From Stramenopiles sp. TOSAG23-3 (taxonomy: Eukaryota), in assembly GCA_900128585.1 (NCBI GenBank), contig LT642169.1:1-46289 (forward strand): a stretch of 46,289 nt of DNA, in the 5' to 3' direction. A program made the translations under genes and the position numbers. Numbering within the stretch: position 1 is the stretch's first letter; each line of letters opens with the position of its first letter. Shown here piece after piece: positions 39,441 to 46,289 of this stretch. The notes beneath the pieces are model-generated. The model saw only the letters and a list, made by a program, of their open reading frames with translations, was not told where the DNA came from and did no database searches.

Positions 39441-41927
39441 ATGGGTGGAGGCTCATCTTTAAACGTAACAAGCGACGAAGTCGACGACTTATCCCCAGAG
39501 GAACTGGCCAATTTAGCAAAAAAACGCGGTGCACATGACGTTGTTGTTTCTACCATCGTTAAAGAAAACATACATGGAAGATTGGCCAAGGAACTTTCGG
39601 AAGGTGATTTAGAAGGCATGGCAACAGGGCTTAATTACAAACGCCTCACGAGTGCCCTTCACACGTTGGAGGAAGCGGAAGAATTGGAGAACGAAGCACG
39701 AGAACTTTTCGCCAAATACGACGTTAACAACGATCATCTTTTGGATCAAAATGAGCTTGGGATCTTAATGTGCAATGAGATAGGCGTCCCACCAAAAGAA
39801 CTTGGTGATATTTATAAAGAGTTTGACCATGACCAAGATGGAAGTATCAGTTTTGAAGAATTTGTGAAAAATTTCAACTTGATCATTGAGCGCCAAAGTG
39901 AGTATGGAACCCGTGGTGGTGGCGGTGGTGGTGTGAAGATAGGATACCGCGAAACAAGTCAGCACCTCAGAACTGGGCGAACGCTTGCTTCACTATTTCC
40001 AAAAGGAAAACGTATCGCTGCGATTTTTGCGTGCGATGATTATTCTGGTTCCGAGCATGATGGGAAACCACTGCCAAACTTACGTTTCGCCGTGAAGGAT
40101 GCCGAACTTTTCCGAGATACAGTAAAGCAAGCGGGGTTTGAAATTTTCAGCTACAAGATAAATGCCGAGTGCAGCCTAGATTCGATGCGAGATGTGATAG
40201 ATGATGTCATTAACCACTTCAATGAAATGTCTTCCATTGCGCAGTTCATATTCTATTTTGCCGGTCACGGGATAAAAGACAAAAATTCTAAAGGGTGGCT
40301 GGCCTTACACAAGTACAATAGTAGAGACCGTGGAACAAAATTTAAAATGTCCGACTTGACACACAAGGCATCCGAAATAGGAGCAATCCAGCAACTTTAC
40401 GTCTTGGACTGCTGCCATGCTGGCGAACTCTTTCACCAGAGTCGAGGTGCAGCGGAGTTTGGAATGGAATTAGCCACCAAACCTTGCATCTATGGAATAA
40501 CCGCGGTAACGGGAGACCAAGAAGCAGAAGAAGAAGATGGTCATGGCCTTTTCACAAAAACCTTGTGCTACGGTATTGGTGAGAAACAAGCCGCAATGCA
40601 GGGTAAACCATATGCCACATCTAACGATTTGCTAGAGTTTGTGCAAGTCCGCGTCCATGACATGAGTAATAACCGAATGCAACCCTTGGGGGAGAAAATG
40701 TTGCACGATCATTTTGAACAACCGTGCAATGGACAGTTCATCATGTTTCACGAAGAAACTATCAATAAGTTGAACGATGCCCACGAAGAAGAGAACAGAT
40801 TAAGTGTCGATTCTGGAGGGCACAACACCCGAGGTGCATTAACGCCAGCAGTGTTGAGCAACGTGACCTCGCTGGATGCTTGGGTTGGCCAGAAAGGTGA
40901 GACCTTCCCCATAGGCCAGCCAAAAAATATCGTCGAAACGTTTCAATTCACGCGCGAAGGTGATATATACGTAGCGACTGGCACCGATTCGGGGCGAAAC
41001 ACATACACGCGGTGCGGCGAGATGCTCGTGCACCAGCAGCACTCTTTTATTACCGCAACATTGCAGCCGAATGGAGAGCTCGCGTGGAGCACAAGGCATA
41101 ACAGCCGCATATGCGTTCGAAGTGTAGGGGGAGGTGAAAAACCGAATGGACTGGGAGACAACTCACTTCGACCTGCTGAGTACACTGCAAAACCAAATTT
41201 CCATTCTGATGGTGGTGCTTCAAATGTCCCTGCCTTTTCGACGCCAATACAAACACTAAAGCTCAAATACCAAGCTAGTGAGCACCCGCCAATCATTCAA
41301 GCGGCGATGGACGGTGTCATGGAAGACGTAAAGTTATTGCTAGGAGACTTAAGTTTGAATTTGAATGGAGAAGGGGTGTATGGGAGAACAGCGTTGCAAG
41401 TGGCATCAGCGAAAGGGCATACTAATATTGTAAATCTATTGCTCCGGCAGAAGGATGTGAATGTCAATCACCAAGATAGTGGTGGTGTAACAGCACTTAT
41501 GAGTGCATCATTTTATGGTCACGTTGATACTGTAAAAGCGTTGCTGGAACAAAGTGATCTGGATCCAAACATTCCATTCTATCAAGCCGAGGGGGTAAGA
41601 GACCCCATGTCTCAAGGATGGTATGGTGCAACGGCATTACACGGTGCATGCAGCAAGGGGCATTCTGGTGTCGTTCAAGTACTGGTACAAGACAATAGGA
41701 CGAACGTGAACGCGACGGCCAATATGGGTTATACACCATTGCATACTGCTGCATGGTACGGGAATGCTCAATGTGTCGAAAACGTTTTGGCCAACCGACA
41801 CGTTGCTGTGAATATTGTGGACAAATTTGGCCACACTCCATTATGGTGTGCATCGTGTATATTTCACGAGAACGTAGCCATTCAAACAATGCTAAGAGAT
41901 AGAGGAGCAACAAAATCGTTCTTTTAA
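39441..41927 (+). CDS. Myristoylated SAM-like / EF-hand / caspase-like (peptidase C14) / ankyrin-repeat protein
   Basis: MGGGSS start; SAM-like ENIHGRLAKELSEGDLEGM; EF loops DVNNDHLLDQNE and DHDQDGSISFEE; C14 motifs RIAAIFACDDY, LPNLRFAVKDA, FYFAGHG, VLDCCHAG, GHGLFTKTL; ankyrin repeats GRTALQVAS, GVTALMSAS, GATALHGAC, GYTPLHTAA, GHTPLWCAS. Confidence 0.9.
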   Translation: MGGGSSLNVTSDEVDDLSPEELANLAKKRGAHDVVVSTIVKENIHGRLAKELSEGDLEGMATGLNYKRLTSALHTLEEAEELENEARELFAKYDVNNDHLLDQNELGILMCNEIGVPPKELGDIYKEFDHDQDGSISFEEFVKNFNLIIERQSEYGTRGGGGGGVKIGYRETSQHLRTGRTLASLFPKGKRIAAIFACDDYSGSEHDGKPLPNLRFAVKDAELFRDTVKQAGFEIFSYKINAECSLDSMRDVIDDVINHFNEMSSIAQFIFYFAGHGIKDKNSKGWLALHKYNSRDRGTKFKMSDLTHKASEIGAIQQLYVLDCCHAGELFHQSRGAAEFGMELATKPCIYGITAVTGDQEAEEEDGHGLFTKTLCYGIGEKQAAMQGKPYATSNDLLEFVQVRVHDMSNNRMQPLGEKMLHDHFEQPCNGQFIMFHEETINKLNDAHEEENRLSVDSGGHNTRGALTPAVLSNVTSLDAWVGQKGETFPIGQPKNIVETFQFTREGDIYVATGTDSGRNTYTRCGEMLVHQQHSFITATLQPNGELAWSTRHNSRICVRSVGGGEKPNGLGDNSLRPAEYTAKPNFHSDGGASNVPAFSTPIQTLKLKYQASEHPPIIQAAMDGVMEDVKLLLGDLSLNLNGEGVYGRTALQVASAKGHTNIVNLLLRQKDVNVNHQDSGGVTALMSASFYGHVDTVKALLEQSDLDPNIPFYQAEGVRDPMSQGWYGATALHGACSKGHSGVVQVLVQDNRTNVNATANMGYTPLHTAAWYGNAQCVENVLANRHVAVNIVDKFGHTPLWCASCIFHENVAIQTMLRDRGATKSFF

Positions 41928-42128
41928 GATTTTATCTTTAACTTAAAAAACACAGTTAATTAATTTAGTGCAGCCTTCATGCCTTCATAAATTGTTTCAA
42001 TAAAGTGTATATGATATGATACTTGTAATAAAACCAATTTCCTAATTGATTTACTTTTTGTGTTCGGGTAAGACAGAATAAATTTGTGTTCGTGTTTGTC
42101 ACACACATTTCTTCAATTCTTTCCCCCT

Positions 42129-45100
42129 TTACTCAAATTCACAAAAGAAAGTTCTCACTTCCATTGGCCGAAGGGTGATCATGAGGCGGGGATCGTTGGG
42201 GTCGAAGGGATACCGTTTTTCGAACGGCGCCCCGTTGGCGTTGATTTCTGCCTTGACCTTTCCGCCCGTTACATCGACAATGTCCCAGTCAAACTTTTTG
42301 GCATCCATGGCCTCGATCGGCTGGTTCCCGGTCAACGACCAGGCAGTTGCACTCTTGATCTTCAGCCCAGAATTGGCAAATACTTCCGACATGTTGATCA
42401 CGGCGGGCTCGGACAGTGTAGAGTGTTCACCAATCGAATAAAGGTGGGCCAGGCGGACCAGGATTTTCCCGTCGTTGATGTCGGCGTAGGTGTTCGTGAT
42501 TGTCATTAACTTGACGTTTTCAGGCATTGCTTTGGAAAGCATAGAAAACGAAGGAGATTTCGTTTCTACCTTGTCTGTGGAGAAGGCAAGCGTCGGGGGG
42601 AAGTTCAGTTGTTCAATCAGCTGGCGACGCACGGCATTGGTGTTTTCAATCGTATCAAACACCAAAAAGTGACGCCCACGCATTGTCAACCCTGCGCACA
42701 CGCAGCCACCGTCCCCTTCGTGCCCGTGGGCACCCATTTTGCCTGGCGCTGCGCCCCGGTCGTTGCACCCGCACATGGTCTCGTTGAGCGGCTCTTGCAC
42801 ACCTCGGTTATCGTCCCCTTGGATGCGACGGTGGACCATCAATTCGAGCTCACCGTCGGCCAGGGACGCGCCCCCAACGCTGACGTCGGTGATCACAGCA
42901 AGCTGCACTTTTTCGGTGTCGTCTTGAAGGGATATCATGGAGTTGACAGGGTAGTAGTTTCCTGCAACGGGTTCGTGAACGACTAGCGGCGGGTACGAGG
43001 GGCCGCGCTGGTTGTACTGACGCTTTACCATCTCCCTCCCATTTGCATCGGTGTAGAATGCCCCTTTGCTGTCGACACTGGTCTTGTACTTGACGATTAC
43101 TTCTTTCCCCCAATTGTCAAAGCGCGTGTCCCCGATGGAGGATGCTGGCAGCCACGGGGTATCGATTGGGATGGGCCCAGCGGTCCATTCGACTTCGATG
43201 TACTCCGAGCCTTCATACAGGCGAACGACATGGGTCGCCCAGTCGGAGAACGTCTGGTAAATTTCAGTGAAGAGCGGTCCTTTCACAATATCGACCGTGG
43301 GGGTCCGCTTTGGCCCTGGAAAAAAGACCGTGGACGAATTTGGGCGGAAAATGTACGCGCCGGATTTCTGCGTCGAGCACGCGTCGGTCTTGATGCCGGT
43401 CGTGCACCCACCATCACTACTGTTGTACCACCCCCACGTGATCTCAAAATCTGTCTCCAAGTTGCTCTTTAAGTTCTTCAACTTCGTTAGCAAGCCAGTG
43501 CTAGGGTCAACGGTAACTTCGTAGACACCATTGGACACTGTGGTGGGTGAGTCTCTCGCCGACAGACGGCGGGACGTAGTCTTTGCCGCCTTGATGGGCG
43601 CAAGGAGCTTTGCCGCTACGGCCGACGTAGACGCGGTGGCGGAGAACAATTTGTACCCCATTGGCGGCATTTCTGCAGCAAACGTCAGCACGTGCGTCGC
43701 TTTGTTGGAGTAGGCATCGATAATTTTTGGCAGATCTTCCTTCTTTACGCCGAAGTGGTTAATGTACAGCAAGGGCAATTCGAGCGTGCGCTTGTCGATG
43801 GCGCTGACTTGTGCCTGTACGGTCTTTCCGGTCGCTTCGTCCTTGACGATCCAGCTCTCTCCCGTGACAGGGATTCGCAAGATCTGGTTGCCAGACTCCG
43901 CCTGGCCGAGCGGGTTCCAGGCGGCAACGGAGAACTGGTCAACCCCAGTAGTAGTGGAGCAGACGGTTATGTTGAGGCAGTTTTGCCCCCCCTCGGAGTT
44001 GCAGTTGCAGTGGTCAAATCTCGCGTCGGTGCCCATAAGCTTTTGGAGGGACATGGCCACCCCGACTTCTACTTCTCCGTGGGATTCCGAAATCCGCTGC
44101 GCGTAGTCGTCGGCAACGTCCTGTCGTTCGGTGCCACTCATCCCGTCGTGGTGCGTGGCTACCCCGATGGTGCCCTCCAAGGAGTCGGTCCAGCTCGTTC
44201 CCACTTGGGGCGAGGGGCGGACGGTCGGTGTGTCGACGTCTTTGGCAGTGACACCGCTGACGACTTCCAGCTGGCGGGCGGCGTTCAGAAAGTTCGACGC
44301 GGTCCTGACTTGGCGCTTCAGCGCCGGGCGGCTGGTGAAGTAGCCGCTCCAGTAGTTGTGCGCGTCGTCGGCAAGGGGGAAGATATCGTCGTATCGCTGC
44401 TCCCACTTCATGTTGGACTTCTTCTTCTGGTCGACGTAGAGGGTTGGGGTGCTGTAAAACGCGTTCACCGTCCCATTCTGGTTGACGTAGTGGATCAACT
44501 TGTCCAGGTTGTGGTACCAGTGGTCGGCGTTTTGGTACTGAAAGTCGGAGCCGCACGCCCACATTTGGTGGTCCGATTGGGTGTGCGCGGCCTGGCTAAG
44601 GGCGTCTTGGACAAACTGGTCGACCAGCTGGTCGACGTTGTAGTCGTGGCGGCGAGGGTCGTCCTGCACTTGGTTCGAGGGGTCGTCGTAGCCGATCCAG
44701 GTGCCGTACCCGCCGCCGCCTCCCCCGTACAGCTCGCCGGCAAAGAGGGCCGCGGATTGGCCCAAGGATTGGCTCCCTTCCCATATCCATTCCAGGCGAC
44801 TCTTGTTCTTCCGGGCTGCAAAATCTTGGTAGTCGGTCCTTCCCCAAAACAAACTTTCGAAGCCAGACTCGGCCCCCAAGAGCCACGCTTCCGTGTTGGA
44901 GTGCCCGAACGGGTCGATTTGCCAAGTCCCACGAGGGATCGCTGTGTCCCCAAAGTTCTTTTTCAGGAATTGGTGCCCACGGGTTGTCTGGTCGATCATT
45001 TCAACGTAGTACGGCGAGGCCTCGTCGTGCATGCACCACCCCCCGTTGATGAACTCTAGCTGCCCCCGGTCGACCAGTCCCCTCGTGATGTTCTTCTTGT

Positions 45101-45527
45101 ACTCTGGCTGCTGGTCCCACCACCGTGCGAAGAACCCCACCTCCACGTACATAAATTTACGGTTCGGGTCTTTCTGCAGCTGCGAAACGACAGTATCGAT
45201 AACGTAGTACACCCCTTGGAAGAAGTACTGGTCTACGGTCACCTGCCAGCCGGTGTCGTCGTGGGTGTGGGGGACCAGGTGGACGTTCACTTTTCCTTCC
45301 ACCGGCCCGCCTTTCGTGTTGTAAATCCAGTCCGACGGCGGGACGTAAGGCGGGGTACCGCGCTCTTTAATCGGTTTGTCGGTCCAGTACGGACACGTTT
45401 GTTCGTGCGGGTACCCCCCTGTCTTCCCCATCGGATCGTTCTGCGGGTCAAACGCGAGGGAGGAGGGTGCCATCCCCGCGACCAAGACCACCAACAGGAG
45501 CACTACGGCACTCTTCCCGACGGTCAT
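42129..45527 (-). CDS. MAN2B1: Lysosomal-type alpha-mannosidase, glycoside hydrolase family 38
   Basis: Signal peptide MTVGKSAVVLLLVVLVAG (ATG 45527; ORF track start 45638 is non-ATG); VHLVPHTHDDTGW, LEFINGGWCMHDEA, WQIDPFGHS, YWSGYFTSRPALK, HHDGMSGT, FYTDANGRE, AGNYYPVN, LELMVHRR, LRPMEVRTF. Confidence 0.96.
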   Translation of the reverse strand: MTVGKSAVVLLLVVLVAGMAPSSLAFDPQNDPMGKTGGYPHEQTCPYWTDKPIKERGTPPYVPPSDWIYNTKGGPVEGKVNVHLVPHTHDDTGWQVTVDQYFFQGVYYVIDTVVSQLQKDPNRKFMYVEVGFFARWWDQQPEYKKNITRGLVDRGQLEFINGGWCMHDEASPYYVEMIDQTTRGHQFLKKNFGDTAIPRGTWQIDPFGHSNTEAWLLGAESGFESLFWGRTDYQDFAARKNKSRLEWIWEGSQSLGQSAALFAGELYGGGGGGYGTWIGYDDPSNQVQDDPRRHDYNVDQLVDQFVQDALSQAAHTQSDHQMWACGSDFQYQNADHWYHNLDKLIHYVNQNGTVNAFYSTPTLYVDQKKKSNMKWEQRYDDIFPLADDAHNYWSGYFTSRPALKRQVRTASNFLNAARQLEVVSGVTAKDVDTPTVRPSPQVGTSWTDSLEGTIGVATHHDGMSGTERQDVADDYAQRISESHGEVEVGVAMSLQKLMGTDARFDHCNCNSEGGQNCLNITVCSTTTGVDQFSVAAWNPLGQAESGNQILRIPVTGESWIVKDEATGKTVQAQVSAIDKRTLELPLLYINHFGVKKEDLPKIIDAYSNKATHVLTFAAEMPPMGYKLFSATASTSAVAAKLLAPIKAAKTTSRRLSARDSPTTVSNGVYEVTVDPSTGLLTKLKNLKSNLETDFEITWGWYNSSDGGCTTGIKTDACSTQKSGAYIFRPNSSTVFFPGPKRTPTVDIVKGPLFTEIYQTFSDWATHVVRLYEGSEYIEVEWTAGPIPIDTPWLPASSIGDTRFDNWGKEVIVKYKTSVDSKGAFYTDANGREMVKRQYNQRGPSYPPLVVHEPVAGNYYPVNSMISLQDDTEKVQLAVITDVSVGGASLADGELELMVHRRIQGDDNRGVQEPLNETMCGCNDRGAAPGKMGAHGHEGDGGCVCAGLTMRGRHFLVFDTIENTNAVRRQLIEQLNFPPTLAFSTDKVETKSPSFSMLSKAMPENVKLMTITNTYADINDGKILVRLAHLYSIGEHSTLSEPAVINMSEVFANSGLKIKSATAWSLTGNQPIEAMDAKKFDWDIVDVTGGKVKAEINANGAPFEKRYPFDPNDPRLMITLRPMEVRTFFCEFE

Positions 45528-46289
45528 TGTGTTTGAGTATTCGAAATGTATCTTCGGACACACTTGTGGGGGTTTTATTTTGTTATCAAACAATGTATGT
45601 GTGAATGAAAACAAGTTGTAAGATATTTTGTGAATCACGGTTGATTCTTACTGCATTTTGCTAAATTCTTTTGTATATTCCAATAAAGATATCGAATGGT
45701 TTGTAATTGTTGAAGAATCTAATTGTATTTCATAACAAAATATATTATACCAAGTAGAAGAAAAAAAAGAAGAGAAGATTATATAAAAGAAGAAGAAGGA
45801 AGAAAAAAAAAATATTTAATAATTTTTTTATTATTATTTCTATATATAATAAATACCTTCCTTCCGTAATACTGTGTCTATGTGTATTATTAGAAGAAGA
45901 AGAAAAATGAAAAAATATTATCTTTTTTTGTATTATTTTTTAAAAATATTATTATTTTATTATCTTTCTTTCTTCAATTCGAATGTTTCAATCGATTTTA
46001 TATATTAAGGTAATTATATATTTATTATATATATATATTATAATAGCATGATAATTAAGTATATTTATAAGCTAACACTTAATTTATATTGTTTCAGCAT
46101 TTCTTTTCCAGCTAAGCTAATTAAATAATAAAAAAGAAGAAAGAGGTAGGGGAAACCTGAGGCGGCAGGCGGCCAGAGAATGTTTTCTGTGGTGAGATGT
46201 GATAATACTTAGGGTTATATATGTATGTACTTATAATTATAATAGAATACATTATTAATAGAACGACTAATAATTAATAATTATTTTTT

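Noticed and set aside
43692-45059. 455-aa plus-strand ORF, and other long antisense ORFs (8274-9491, 11286-12386, 3993-4796, 2516-3352, 21472-22338, 36417-37406)
   Set aside because: They lie antisense to well-supported genes with GC-rich codon usage, mostly start at non-ATG codons and show no motifs; shadow ORFs.
45528-45638. Non-ATG N-terminal extensions in the ORF track (also 22447-22452, 27871-27897, 15620-15628)
   Set aside because: Eukaryotic genes; the downstream ATG gives the expected N-terminus (signal peptide, MKFG of SPX, PTPA start).
1-46289. tRNA, rRNA, transposase or reverse-transcriptase genes
   Set aside because: None recognised by eye; a tRNAscan/Infernal/Repbase search would be needed to exclude short or degenerate ones.

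Overview
Eukaryotic genomic scaffold with two N gaps. It carries 16 apparently intronless, GC-richer CDSs separated by very AT-rich spacers rich in (GAA/TTC)n and (AAT)n microsatellites. Gene content suggests a flagellated protist, possibly a stramenopile (inference only). Recognisable genes are PP1 catalytic subunit, MORN3-like with EF-hands, a Nup153/Nup1-like FG nucleoporin, SFT2, a LicD-family transferase, dihydroxyacetone kinase and GH38 alpha-mannosidase. The most striking gene (17944-22446, minus) is a single 1500-aa ORF with an SPX domain, a SulP/SLC26 transporter and a STAS domain, plus a complete PstS-type phosphate-binding domain inserted in the predicted extracellular TM7-TM8 loop. 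It is a candidate one-polypeptide phosphate capture, transport and sensing system. Other unusual architectures are a PTPA-TIP41 fusion, a myristoylated SAM-like/EF-hand/caspase-like/ankyrin protein with [ST]RG motifs at its domain borders, a stand-alone P-type ATPase actuator domain lacking TM helices and TGES, a nucleoporin with SAP and Myb-like domains, and a multi-TM/LRR/LNR protein. Non-coding signals include a dispersed ~25-30 bp element found only in 3' flanks (one copy bracketed by a 14-bp direct repeat), two hairpins and a triple CACGTG array. All domain calls are by eye from motifs; no database search was run.
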